Position numbers and translations under genes: made by a program. Below, one piece after another: positions 24,158 through 37,400 of a stretch of 64,000 bases of DNA. The stretch lies in the NCBI GenBank assembly GCA_964016885.1, contig OZ024745.1, positions 9,610,001 through 9,674,000 on the forward strand, in the 5' to 3' direction. Numbering within the stretch: position 1 is the first letter of the stretch; each line of letters begins with the position of its first letter. The stretch comes from Eledone cirrhosa. Its lineage: Eukaryota. The notes beneath the pieces were generated by a model. That model made no database searches. It saw only the letters and a list, made by a program, of their open reading frames with translations, and was not told the DNA's origin.

Positions 24158-25505
24158 AACAAAAGCTAAGTATAGTGGCTTCTAATAACCTCTCTTGTAG
24201 TTGTCTCGCTAAGAGGGTATCTGTTGCACTTTTCCCAGGCACATAACCAAACTGCATCGCATCTAGTTGGACCCTTTCTATAATTAGTTGCGCTAATATC
24301 CTTTCTGCCACTTTCACAACCTGATCCATCAGCTTTATTCCTCTATAATTGCTCATGTCCAGAGCATCTCCTTTACCTTTGTAGCAATTTACGAGAATAT
24401 TGCTGCAGCAGTCTTTGAGTACAAAACCGACATATATAGCCTGATTTGATGAAGCGTGCAACCAGTTGAGTGCCTATGTCCCCTGATGCCTGCAGCATCT
24501 CGGCAACTATTCCTGACGGTCCAGCGGCCTTACCATTATTCATTTCCTTAATCGCCTCTTAGACCATATATTCGTCAATCTGAATAGCTGATCCCTCTGT
24601 CGGATGTACTGGGGGGGTAATTTCTCTCTTTCTCACATTGGGTCTCCACATTCATCAGTCTCTCTTAATGACATTTCCAGGCCTTTTTTTTCTGACCATC
24701 CGTGAAACTAAGTACGCCGGCATCATTAACCAGACAAACTTAATCTCGATTTGCACTGACACACAGCCTCGCAATACGGAACACGGCGCGTCTTTGATCT
24801 TCTTGTCGAGCAGCCTCCTTGCGTGCTAAGTACACCTGACGTCTAGCTTCTCTCTTAGCGGCTGTATATTCTTCTCTACTCGCACTAATTTTGCAAGCAT
24901 TCCATGCTAGTCTTTAGTCTCCAATGGCCCGATCTACCGTGCTGTCCCACCACCATGTCACTTTCTGTCTGGTTGGAACTCTGATCCAGCCACAAGTTTC
25001 ATCAGTAACCTGCAGTAAGGTATCGCATAAGAAATTCCAGTTATCATCTATGTTGTACGACTCTAAATCGTCTTCTTTTTCATCATACACATATTGAAGG
25101 GCTTTCCTAAATTTGTATTTTAGTGAGAGCTCTTTTAGCTTCCAGACCTTTCTTTTTTCCACACCTTCCTGTATGTCTCATTCAGTCTCTTGCTTGGGGT
25201 ACATTCTTCCCCGGGGTATGCCTTTGTATTTGACACCATCTGCCTGTCCCGCTGCCTAACTAGCAAGAAGTCAATCTGCCTTATGTGCTTGCCTGATTTG
25301 TAGGTTATTAGGTGGTTGGCAGATTTGTGTAAGTTAGTGTTGTAGATGGTTAGTGCAATTGCATCGCAAAATTCAAGAAGTTTCACTGCTTCATTTCTTA
25401 AGCCGTAAGTGTGCCCAACATGTACCTCAGTGTAACCATCGTAGAGCTGTCCAACATGACCATTGAAATCCCCTGCTAGCATAACGATGTCTCCGTCCTG
25501 TCATT
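24157..25505 (-). mobile_element. RTE-clade LINE fragment: APE endonuclease, linker, RT N-terminus (with deletions)
   Basis: AGDFNGHVG, QIDFLL, TWWW, NYRGIKL and QFGYVPGKSATD in the expected order on the minus strand. The part from 24805 onward belongs to the array. Confidence 0.9.
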
Positions 25506-25579
25506 GTGGCTGTTTGTAAAAATTGCTTGTAAATGCAGAATTTCTTGTCTTTACCTAGCAGCAGTTTCTTGCTCTCAAT

Positions 25580-25631
25580 TAACCCTAAAACTAGCCGTAA
25601 CGCTAACAGTAACACTAACCGTAACACTAAC
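25580..25631 (+). repeat. Degenerate (TAACCC)n-like hexamer tract (in every unit)
   Basis: taaccc taaaac tagccg taacgc taacag taacac taaccg taacac taac. Confidence 0.75.
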
Positions 25632-25632
25632 T

Positions 25633-25890
25633 TATGCAGGCCTAGGTAAAGACGAGAAAGATAAAACAAGGAGTGATGCTATTTGAATTTTGTGATGCAA
25701 GTGTTTTAACCATTTGCAAAACCAACTTCCGCAAACCTGCCAACTGCCTAATAACCTACAAATTAGGCAAGCACAGAAGCCGGATTTCTTGGTAGTTAGG
25801 CAGCGAGACAGACAGATGGTGTGAAGTACCAGGGTGTGCCCCGGGGAGGACTGTTTCCCACAGCGTGGGTTGGTTGTTGGTGATCCTGAG
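25633..25890 (+). mobile_element. Plus-strand RTE endonuclease fragment, inverted relative to 25193-25375 (in every unit)
   Basis: YAGLGKDEKDK, EFCDA, TNFRKPANCLITYKLGKH, VVRQRDRQMV and PGEDC are paralogous to the minus-strand copy. Confidence 0.85.
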
Positions 25891-25978
25891 ACGGAGTGAG
25901 GAGGGTGTTTATAGGTAAATAGATAGACTGATGCACAGATATCTGGATAGATTGATAGAGAGATAGATATATAGAGAG

Positions 25979-26445
25979 CATCATTATCATCGTCTGTTCA
26001 TCATTTTACGTCCGCTTTTCCCTGCTTGAAAGGGTGGGACAGGTCCTCTTGAGCAAAGCATCTCTTCACTTGTCACGGTCCTTCGTCATCTCCTTGGTGA
26101 GTTTCAGCGATCTGAAGTCGGCTCTCACCACCTCCACCCATGTTTTTCGTGGTCTTCCTCTACTGCGTCTCCCTTCTTTACCCAGCGCTCAACCTCCATG
26201 CGCATCACATGTCCATACCATCTCAGTCCTCTCTTGCACACCACAACTTATCCCTCTTAAACACAGTTTCTCTCTCAACTCGTTTATGCTTGGTCGTTCC
26301 CGCACATTGACATTGCACATCCAACGGAGCGTGCTTGCTTCATTTCTCTCCAGCCATCGCATACCCTCTGCAGTTGCTGTCCATGTCTCACTACCATGCA
26401 GGGTCGCACATCTCGCATAGGCATCATGTAACCACACTTTCGTAC
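25979..26445 (-). mobile_element. RTE LINE 3' end with (GAT)n-type tail (in every unit)
   Basis: LHGSETW...LERNEASTLRWMCNV; tail catcattttacgtccgcttttccctgcttg. Confidence 0.88.
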
Positions 26446-26518
26446 GCATATATATATTTGTATACATGTATATATATATATATATGTGTGTATGTATATA
26501 TATATGTATGTATATATT

Positions 26519-26678
26519 TGTCCTGGGTATGACATTAAACTACATCCAGTGGCAAGGCTCAAGTTCAGGAGGAACTGTGGGGAACGTGGAGTTACCCCCT
26601 TAGTTGTCATAACTCCCAGGTCTGCTCTGGCCTGGTGTAGTAGTACCTGTTGGGGCCCCATTTATAGGTTAAATAATA
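26519..26678 (+). mobile_element. SINE central-domain fragment (in every unit and at 23275-23432)
   Basis: tgtcctgggtatgacattaaactacatc...aaggctc...gtggagt.acccc...actcccaggtc...gtagtacctgtt.ggg.cccat resembles a widespread molluscan SINE core as I recall it. Family name not assigned. Confidence 0.55.
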
Positions 26679-27180
26679 AGATGACAGATCGGCGTACCCT
26701 ATCAAAGGCCTTCTCTAGGTCAACAAAGGCTAAGTATAGTGGCTTATTTTTCTCTAAGAACCTCTCTTGTAATTGTCTCATCAAGAAGAGGGCATCTGTT
26801 GTACTATTCCCAGGCACAAAACCAAACTGCATCTCATCTAGTTTGACCCTTTCTCTAATTAGTTGTGCTAATATCCTTTCTGCCACTTTCATAACCTGAT
26901 CCATCAGTTTTATATCCCTATAATTTCTCCTCTCAAGAGCGTCCCCTTTACTTTTGCACTAGTCTTTGGGTATGACACTGCCATATATAGCCTGATTGAT
27001 GATGTGTGCAACCAGTTTAGTGCCTACGTCCCCTGAGGCCTTCAGCATCTCAGCAACTATCTCCGATGGTCCAGCAGCCTCACCATTTTTCATTTCCTTA
27101 ATCGCCTCTTGGACCCTATATTCGTTAATCTCAATAGCTGGTCCCTCTGTCTGATCTACTGAGGGTAATTTCTCTCTCTC

Positions 27181-27183
<3 letters not shown>
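26679..27183 (-). mobile_element. RTE LINE reverse transcriptase N-terminal fragment (in every unit)
   Basis: MKNGEAAGPSEIVAEMLK, QFGFVPGNSTTDALF and YLAFVDLEKAFDRV. Truncated before the YADD motif. Confidence 0.92.
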
Positions 27184-27222
<39 letters not shown>

Positions 27223-27345
27223 TGAAAGATTTGTAAATGTCTGAGAGATTGGCTAAATGTTTTACAGTGTACTGTGCCACTAAACTGCACCATACTAAAT
27301 TACACTACACTGCACTGCACTGCACTGCACTGCACTGCACTGCAA
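27183..27345. repeat. (AT)19 and (TGCAC)6 microsatellites, length-variable among units
   Basis: Counted directly: the AT tract is 38 nt in unit 1, 32 in unit 2 and 34 in unit 5; TGCAC is x6 in unit 1 and x5 in units 2 and 5. Confidence 0.9.
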
Positions 27346-30300
27346 TGTTCACTCTAACGCTAGTGTTTTGTGTTTTGCAGGTATGACCAGTAAGAGCGAG
27401 GAAGTTATTTCAAAGGATTTTCGTAATTAAACACTTTTTTTACCATTATTTTAAGGTATTATCTCGGTTTTTTTTTTTAAATGGACCTCTTGATAAGACG
27501 AAATGACCTGTATAATTTGTTTTCATATTTAGATGGAATAGAAGAAAAAGAAGAGAAATGAAAGCAATGAAATTAAGTTTTAGAGAAAATATACGCCAAC
27601 GACAATGGAGGTATGATTTCAGTTTAATCTTAACCTAATGACCACTTTACAGAGTGTACTGGGTGTGTTTTACCTCGCTATGTTTACTGTAAACCCTAGA
27701 TAACGAATGCCTTGTTGAGTGTTGTGAATTGTGAACGTGAGGTTGTGTTGTGGGGTTGCTTGGTGAGGTTGCATAAGAAGGGTGTTGTGAGTTTGCATTA
27801 TGATGTAGCTTTGTGAGGCTTTGTTGTGAATTGATAAATATTTGAAAACACACCTCTGTCCCTCAACAGTCAGTCAGTCATTTTCTACTAAAACTCATTG
27901 ATGCGAGTCCCTAGCATTGTATCTGTAAGTACATTATGACTATTTTCTCTTGGTGGACTTGACATTCAAAGATATTTGTATATATTTTGTTGATGTTGTT
28001 TGTTAGTTAGGAAATTGCTTAAAAGCTACTTTGATCACAGCACTTTGTAAAGGCAACATATGTTTAAGATTCTTTTTTCTTTTATTTTTGTTATTCAGAT
28101 GACAGAGAAGGCAAAGAAAGGCACAGAAGAAAAGAACAATGACGATTATTATTATTATTATTACTATTATTATTTGTTTTATTATAATCAAAATATGCTG
28201 TTAGTTTGCCTGCTATCCCACTACGTGCCTGCTATCGCACTCGATCTTTTGTGTACGTTTTATATAATTTATGCCAGTTCCGTTTCTGCATATCGAACAT
28301 GGCCATTTCCCTGACGGAATAGAGTTTTGTCCTCTTTTCTACTCATCAACACTCATTCGTGACACAAAGTACAGCGGCATCATTGCGGACAGACTTAATC
28401 CCGATTTGCACTGACACACTGCCTTGCAGTACGGAACAGCGCACGTCGTCGAGCAGCCTCCTTGCATGCTAAGTACACCTGACGTCTAGCTTCTCTCTTA
28501 GCGGCTGTATATTCTTCTCTACTCGCACTAATTTTGCAAGCATTCCATGCTAGTCTTTAGTCTCCAATGGCCCGATCTACCGTGCTGTCCCACCACCATG
28601 TCACTTTCTGTCTGGTTGGAACTCTGATCCAGCCACAAGTTTCATCAGTAACCTGCAGTAAGGTATCGCATAAGAAATTCCAGTTATCATCTATGTTGTA
28701 CGACTCTAAATCGTCTTCTTTTTCATCATACACATATTGAAGGGCTTTCCTAAATTTGTATTTTAGTGAGAGCTCTTTTAGCTTCCAGACCTTTCTTTTT
28801 TCCACACCTTCCTGTATGTCTCATTCAGTCTCTTGCTTGGGGTACATTCTTCCCCGGGGTATGCCTTTGTATTTGACACCATCTGCCTGTCCCGCTGCCT
28901 AACTAGCAAGAAGTCAATCTGCCTTATGTGCTTGCCTGATTTGTAGGTTATTAGGTGGTTGGCAGATTTGTGTAAGTTAGTGTTGTAGATGGTTAGTGCA
29001 ATTGCATCGCAAAATTCAAGAAGTTTCACTGCTTCATTTCTTAAGCCGTAAGTGTGCCCAACATGTACCTCAGTGTAACCATCGTAGAGCTGTCCAACAT
29101 GACCATTGAAATCCCCTGCTAGCATAACGATGTCTCCGTCCTGTCATTGTGGCTGTTTGTAAAAATTGCTTGTAAATGCAGAATTTCTTGTCTTTACCTA
29201 GCAGCAGTTTCTTGCTCTCAATTAACCCTAAAACTAGCCGTAACGCTAACAGTAACACTAACCGTAACACTAACTTATGCAGGCCTAGGTAAAGACGAGA
29301 AAGATAAAACAAGGAGTGATGCTATTTGAATTTTGTGATGCAAGTGTTTTAACCATTTGCAAAACCAACTTCCGCAAACCTGCCAACTGCCTAATAACCT
29401 ACAAATTAGGCAAGCACAGAAGCCGGATTTCTCGGTAGTTAGGCAGCGAGACAGACAGATGGTGTGAAGTACCAGGGTGTGCCCCGGGGAGGACTGTTTC
29501 CCACAGCGTGGGTTGGTTGTTGGTGATCCTGAGACGGAGTGAGGAGGGTGTTTATAGGTAAATAGATAGACTGATGCACAGATATCTGGATAGATTGATA
29601 GAGAGATAGATATATAGAGAGCATCATTATCATCGTCTGTTCATCATTTTACGTCCGCTTTTCCCTGCTTGAAAGGGTGGGACAGGTCCTCTTGAGCAAA
29701 GCATCTCTTCACTTGTCACGGTCCTTCGTCATCTCCTTGGTGAGTTTCAGCGATCTGAAGTCGGCTCTCACCACCTCCACCCATGTTTTTCGTGGTCTTC
29801 CTCTACTGCGTCTCCCTTCTTTACCCAGCGCTCAACCTCCATGCGCATCACATGTCCATACCATCTCAGTCCTCTCTTGCACACCACAACTTATCCCTCT
29901 TAAACACAGTTTCTCTCTCAACTCGTTTATGCTTGGTCGTTCCCGCACATTGACATTGCACATCCAACGGAGCGTGCTTGCTTCATTTCTCTCCAGCCAT
30001 CGCATACCCTCTGCAGTTGCTGTCCATGTCTCACTACCATGCAGGGTCGCACATCTCGCATAGGCATCATGTAACCACACTTTCGTACGCATATATATAT
30101 TTGTATACATGTATATATATATATATATGTGTGTATGTATATATATATGTATGTATATATTTGTCCTGGGTATGACATTAAACTACATCCAGTGGCAAGG
30201 CTCAAGTTCAGGAGGAACTGTGGGGAACGTGGAGTTACCCCCTTAGTTGTCATAACTCCCAGGTCTGCTCTGGCCTGGTGTAGTAGTACCTGTTGGGGCC

Positions 30301-30823
30301 CCATTTATAGGTTAAATAATAAGATGACAGATCGGCGTACCCTATCAAAGGCCTTCTCTAGGTCAACAAAGGCTAAGTATAGTGGCTTATTTTTCTCTAA
30401 GAACCTCTCTTGTAATTGTCTCATCAAGAAGAGGGCATCTGTTGTACTATTCCCAGGCACAAAACCAAACTGCATCTCATCTAGTTTGACCCTTTCTCTA
30501 ATTAGTTGTGCTAATATCCTTTCTGCCACTTTCATAACCTGATCCATCAGTTTTATATCCCTATAATTTCTCCTCTCAAGAGCGTCCCCTTTACTTTTGC
30601 ACTAGTCTTTGGGTATGACACTGCCATATATAGCCTGATTGATGATGTGTGCAACCAGTTTAGTGCCTACGTCCCCTGAGGCCTTCAGCATCTCAGCAAC
30701 TATCTCCGATGGTCCAGCAGCCTCACCATTTTTCATTTCCTTAATCGCCTCTTGGACCCTATATTCGTTAATCTCAATAGCTGGTCCCTCTGTCTGATCT
30801 ACTGAGGGTAATTTCTCTCTCTC

Positions 30824-30859
<36 letters not shown>

Positions 30860-33800
30860 TGAAAGATTTGTAAATGTCTGAGAGATTGGCTAAATGTTTT
30901 ACAGTGTACTGTGCCACTAAACTGCACCATACTAAATTACACTACACTGCACTGCACTGCACTGCACTGCACTGCAATGTTCACTCTAACGCTAGTGTTT
31001 TGTGTTTTGCAGGTATGACCAGTAAGAGCGAGGAAGTTATTTCAAAGGATTTTCGTAATTAAACACTTTTTTTACCATTATTTTAAGGTATTATCTCGGT
31101 TTTTTTTTTTAAATGGACCTCTTGATAAGACGAAATGACCTGTATAATTTTTTTTCATATTTAGATGGAATAGAAGAAAAAGAAGAGAAATGAAAGCAAT
31201 GAAATTAAGTTTTAGAGAAAATATACGCCAACGACAATGGAGGTATGATTTCAGTTTAATCTTAACCTAATGACCACTTTACAGAGTGTACTGGGTGTGT
31301 TTTACCTCGCTATGTTTACTGTAAACCCTAGATAACGAATGCCTTGTTGAGTGTTGTGAATTGTGAACGTGAGGTTGTGTTGTGGGGTTGCTTGGTGAGG
31401 TTGCATAAGAAGGGTGTTGTGAGTTTGCATTATGATGTAGCTTTGTGAGGCTTTGTTGTGAATTGATAAATATTTGAAAACACACCTCTGTCCCTCAACA
31501 GTCAGTCAGTCATTTTCTACTAAAACTCATTGATGCGAGTCCCTAGCATTGTATCTGTAAGTACATTATGACTATTTTCTCTTGGTGGACTTGACATTCA
31601 AAGATATTTGTATATATTTTGTTGATGTTGTTTGTTAGTTAGGAAATTGCTTAAAAGCTACTTTGATCACAGCACTTTGTAAAGGCAACATATGTTTAAG
31701 ATTCTTTTTTCTTTTATTTTTGTTATTCAGATGACAGAGAAGGCAAAGAAAGGCACAGAAGAAAAGAACAATGACGATTATTATTATTATTATTACTATT
31801 ATTATTTGTTTTATTATAATCAAAATATGCTGTTAGTTTGCCTGCTATCCCACTACGTGCCTGCTATCGCACTCGATCTTTTGTGTACGTTTTATATAAT
31901 TTATGCCAGTTCCGTTTCTGCATATCGAACATGGCCATTTCCCTGACGGAATAGAGTTTTGTCCTCTTTTCTACTCATCAACACTCATTCGTGACACAAA
32001 GTACAGCGGCATCATTGCGGACAGACTTAATCCCGATTTGCACTGACACACTGCCTTGCAGTACGGAACAGCGCACGTCATCGAGCAGCCTCCTTGCATG
32101 CTAAGTACACCTGACGTCTAGCTTCTCTCTTAGCGGCTGTATATTCTTCTCTACTCGCACTAATTTTGCAAGCATTCCATGCTAGTCTTTAGTCTCCAAT
32201 GGCCCGATCTACCGTGCTGTCCCACCACCATGTCACTTTCTGTCTGGTTGGAACTCTGATCCAGCCACAAGTTTCATCAGTAACCTGCAGTAAGGTATCG
32301 CATAAGAAATTCCAGTTATCATCTATGTTGTACGACTCTAAATCGTCTTCTTTTTCATCATACACATATTGAAGGGCTTTCCTAAATTTGTATTTTAGTG
32401 AGAGCTCTTTTAGCTTCCAGACCTTTCTTTTTTCCACACCTTCCTGTATGTCTCATTCAGTCTCTTGCTTGGGGTACATTCTTCCCCGGGGTATGCCTTT
32501 GTATTTGACACCATCTGCCTGTCCCGCTGCCTAACTAGCAAGAAGTCAATCTGCCTTATGTGCTTGCCTGATTTGTAGGTTATTAGGTGGTTGGCAGATT
32601 TGTGTAAGTTAGTGTTGTAGATGGTTAGTGCAATTGCATCGCAAAATTCAAGAAGTTTCACTGCTTCATTTCTTAAGCCGTAAGTGTGCCCAACATGTAC
32701 CTCAGTGTAACCATCGTAGAGCTGTCCAACATGACCATTGAAATCCCCTGCTAGCATAACGATGTCTCCGTCCTGTCATTGTGGCTGTTTGTAAAAATTG
32801 CTTGTAAATGCAGAATTTCTTGTCTTTACCTAGCAGCAGTTTCTTGCTCTCAATTAACCCTAAAACTAGCCGTAACGCTAACAGTAACACTAACCGTAAC
32901 ACTAACTTATGCAGGCCTAGGTAAAGACGAGAAAGATAAAACAAGGAGTGATGCTATTTGAATTTTGTGATGCAAGTGTTTTAACCATTTGCAAAACCAA
33001 CTTCCGCAAACCTGCCAACTGCCTAATAACCTACAAATTAGGCAAGCACAGAAGCCGGATTTCTCGGTAGTTAGGCAGCGAGACAGACAGATGGTGTGAA
33101 GTACCAGGGTGTGCCCCGGGGAGGACTGTTTCCCACAGCGTGGGTTGGTTGTTGGTGATCCTGAGACGGAGTGAGGAGGGTGTTTATAGGTAAATAGATA
33201 GACTGATGCACAGATATCTGGATAGATTGATAGAGAGATAGATATATAGAGAGCATCATTATCATCGTCTGTTCATCATTTTACGTCCGCTTTTCCCTGC
33301 TTGAAAGGGTGGGACAGGTCCTCTTGAGCAAAGCATCTCTTCACTTGTCACGGTCCTTCGTCATCTCCTTGGTGAGTTTCAGCGATCTGAAGTCGGCTCT
33401 CACCACCTCCACCCATGTTTTTCGTGGTCTTCCTCTACTGCGTCTCCCTTCTTTACCCAGCGCTCAACCTCCATGCGCATCACATGTCCATACCATCTCA
33501 GTCCTCTCTTGCACACCACAACTTATCCCTCTTAAACACAGTTTCTCTCTCAACTCGTTTATGCTTGGTCGTTCCCGCACATTGACATTGCACATCCAAC
33601 GGAGCGTGCTTGCTTCATTTCTCTCCAGCCATCGCATACCCTCTGCAGTTGCTGTCCATGTCTCACTACCATGCAGGGTCGCACATCTCGCATAGGCATC
33701 ATGTAACCACACTTTCGTACGCATATATATATTTGTATACATGTATATATATATATATATGTGTGTATGTATATATATATGTATGTATATATTTGTCCTG

Positions 33801-34455
33801 GGTATGACATTAAACTACATCCAGTGGCAAGGCTCAAGTTCAGGAGGAACTGTGGGGAACGTGGAGTTACCCCCTTAGTTGTCATAACTCCCAGGTCTGC
33901 TCTGGCCTGGTGTAGTAGTACCTGTTGGGGCCCCATTTATAGGTTAAATAATAAGATGACAGATCGGCGTACCCTATCAAAGGCCTTCTCTAGGTCAACA
34001 AAGGCTAAGTATAGTGGCTTATTTTTCTCTAAGAACCTCTCTTGTAATTGTCTCATCAAGAAGAGGGCATCTGTTGTACTATTCCCAGGCACAAAACCAA
34101 ACTGCATCTCATCTAGTTTGACCCTTTCTCTAATTAGTTGTGCTAATATCCTTTCTGCCACTTTCATAACCTGATCCATCAGTTTTATATCCCTATAATT
34201 TCTCCTCTCAAGAGCGTCCCCTTTACTTTTGCACTAGTCTTTGGGTATGACACTGCCATATATAGCCTGATTGATGATGTGTGCAACCAGTTTAGTGCCT
34301 ACGTCCCCTGAGGCCTTCAGCATCTCAGCAACTATCTCCGATGGTCCAGCAGCCTCACCATTTTTCATTTCCTTAATCGCCTCTTGGACCCTATATTCGT
34401 TAATCTCAATAGCTGGTCCCTCTGTCTGATCTACTGAGGGTAATTTCTCTCTCTC

Positions 34456-34497
<42 letters not shown>

Positions 34498-37400
34498 TGA
34501 AAGATTTGTAAATGTCTGAGAGATTGGCTAAATGTTTTACAGTGTACTGTGCCACGAAACTGCACCATACTAAATTACACTGCACTGCACTGCACTGCAC
34601 TGCACTGCACTGCAATGTTCACTCTAACGCTAGTGTTTTGTGTTTTGCAGGTATGACCAGTAAGAGCGAGGAAGTTATTTCAAAGGATTTTCGTAATTAA
34701 ACACTTTTTTTACCATTATTTTAAGGTATTATCTCGGTTTTTTTTTTTAAATGGACCTCTTGATAAGACGAAATGACCTGTATAATTTTTTTTCATATTT
34801 AGATGGAATAGAAGAAAAAGAAGAGAAATGAAAGCAATGAAATTAAGTTTTAGAGAAAATATACGCCAACGACAATGGAGGTATGATTTCAGTTTAATCT
34901 TAACCTAATGACCACTTTACAGAGTGTACTGGGTGTGTTTTACCTCGCTATGTTTACTGTAAACCCTAGATAACGAATGCCTTGTTGAGTGTTGTGAATT
35001 GTGAACGTGAGGTTGTGTTGTGGGGTTGCTTGGTGAGGTTGCATAAGAAGGGTGTTGTGAGTTTGCATTATGATGTAGCTTTGTGAGGCTTTGTTGTGAA
35101 TTGATAAATATTTGAAAACACACCTCTGTCCCTCAACAGTCAGTCAGTCATTTTCTACTAAAACTCATTGATGCGAGTCCCTAGCATTGTATCTGTAAGT
35201 ACATTATGACTATTTTCTCTTGGTGGACTTGACATTCAAAGATATTTGTATATATTTTGTTGATGTTGTTTGTTAGTTAGGAAATTGCTTAAAAGCTACT
35301 TTGATCACAGCACTTTGTAAAGGCAACATATGTTTAAGATTCTTTTTTCTTTTATTTTTGTTATTCAGATGACAGAGAAGGTAAAGAAAGGCACAGAAGA
35401 AAAGAACAATGACGATTATTATTATTATTATTACTATTATTATTTGTTTTATTATAATCAAAATATGCTGTTAGTTTGCCTGCTATCCCACTACGTGCCT
35501 GCTATCGCACTCGATCTTTTGTGTACGTTTTATATAATTTATGCCAGTTCCGTTTCTGCATATCGAACATGGCCATTTCCCTGACGGAATAGAGTTTTGT
35601 CCTCTTTTCTACTCATCAACACTCATTCGTGACACAAAGTACAGCGGCATCATTGCGGACAGACTTAATCCCGATTTGCACTGACACACTGCCTTGCAGT
35701 ACGGAACAGCGCACGTCGTCGAGCAGCCTCCTTGAATGCTAAGTACACCTGACGTCTAGCTTCTCTCTTAGCGGCTGTATATTCTTCTCTACTCGCACTA
35801 ATTTTGCAAGCATTCCATGCTAGTCTTTAGTCTCCAATGGCCCGATCTACCGTGCTGTCCCACCACCATGTCACTTTCTGTCTGGTTGGAACTCTGATCC
35901 AGCCACAAGTTTCATCAGTAACCTGCAGTAAGGTATCGCATAAGAAATTCCAGTTATCATCTATGTTGTACGACTCTAAATCGTCTTCTTTTTCATCATA
36001 CACATATTGAAGGGCTTTCCTAAATTTGTATTTTAGTGAGAGCTCTTTTAGCTTCCAGACCTTTCTTTTTTCCACACCTTCCTGTATGTCTCATTCAGTC
36101 TCTTGCTTGGGGTACATTCTTCCCCGGGGTATGCCTTTGTATTTGACACCATCTGCCTGTCCCGCTGCCTAACTAGCAAGAAGTCAATCTGCCTTATGTG
36201 CTTGCCTGATTTGTAGGTTATTAGGTGGTTGGCAGATTTGTGTAAGTTAGTGTTGTAGATGGTTAGTGCAATTGCATCGCAAAATTCAAGAAGTTTCACT
36301 GCTTCATTTCTTAAGCCGTAAGTGTGCCCAACATGTACCTCAGTGTAACCATCGTAGAGCTGTCCAACATGACCATTGAAATCCCCTGCTAGCATAACGA
36401 TGTCTCCGTCCTGTCATTGTGGCTGTTTGTAAAAATTGCTTGTAAATGCAGAATTTCTTGTCTTTACCTAGCAGCAGTTTCTTGCTCTCAATTAACCCTA
36501 AAACTAGCCGTAACGCTAACAGTAACACTAACCGTAACACTAACTTATGCAGGCCTAGGTAAAGACGAGAAAGATAAAACAAGGAGTGATGCTATTTGAA
36601 TTTTGTGATGCAAGTGTTTTAACCATTTGCAAAACCAACTTCCGCAAACCTGCCAACTGCCTAATAACCTACAAATTAGGCAAGCACAGAAGCCGGATTT
36701 CTTGGTAGTTAGGCAGCGAGACAGACAGATGGTGTGAAGTACCAGGGTGTGCCCCGGGGAGGACTGTTTCCCACAGCGTGGGTTGGTTGTTGGTGATCCT
36801 GAGACGGAGTGAGGAGGGTGTTTATAGGTAAATAGATAGACTGATGCACAGATATCTGGATAGATTGATAGAGAGATAGATATATAGAGAGCATCATTAT
36901 CATCGTCTGTTCATCATTTTACGTCCGCTTTTCCCTGCTTGAAAGGGTGGGACAGGTCCTCTTGAGCAAAGCATCTCTTCACTTGTCACGGTCCTTCGTC
37001 ATCTCCTTGGTGAGTTTCAGCGATCTGAAGTCGGCTCTCACCACCTCCACCCATGTTTTTCGTGGTCTTCCTCTACTGCGTCTCCCTTCTTTACCCAGCG
37101 CTCAACCTCCATGCGCATCACATGTCCATACCATCTCAGTCCTCTCTTGCACACCACAACTTATCCCTCTTAAACACAGTTTCTCTCTCAACTCGTTTAT
37201 GCTTGGTCGTTCCCGCACATTGACATTGCACATCCAACGGAGCGTGCTTGCTTCATTTCTCTCCAGCCATCGCATACCCTCTGCAGTTGCTGTCCATGTC
37301 TCACTACCATGCAGGGTCGCACATCTCGCATAGGCATCATGTAACCACACTTTCGTACGCATATATATATTTGTATACATGTATATATATATATATATGT

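Noticed and set aside
26034-26899. Plus-strand 128-aa and 137-aa ORFs in the unit
   Set aside because: They are antisense shadows of RTE coding sequence plus TA microsatellite translation.
28060-28314. 84-aa ORF with poly-Tyr, repeated in each unit
   Set aside because: The poly-Tyr is a (TAT)n microsatellite; no recognisable domain.
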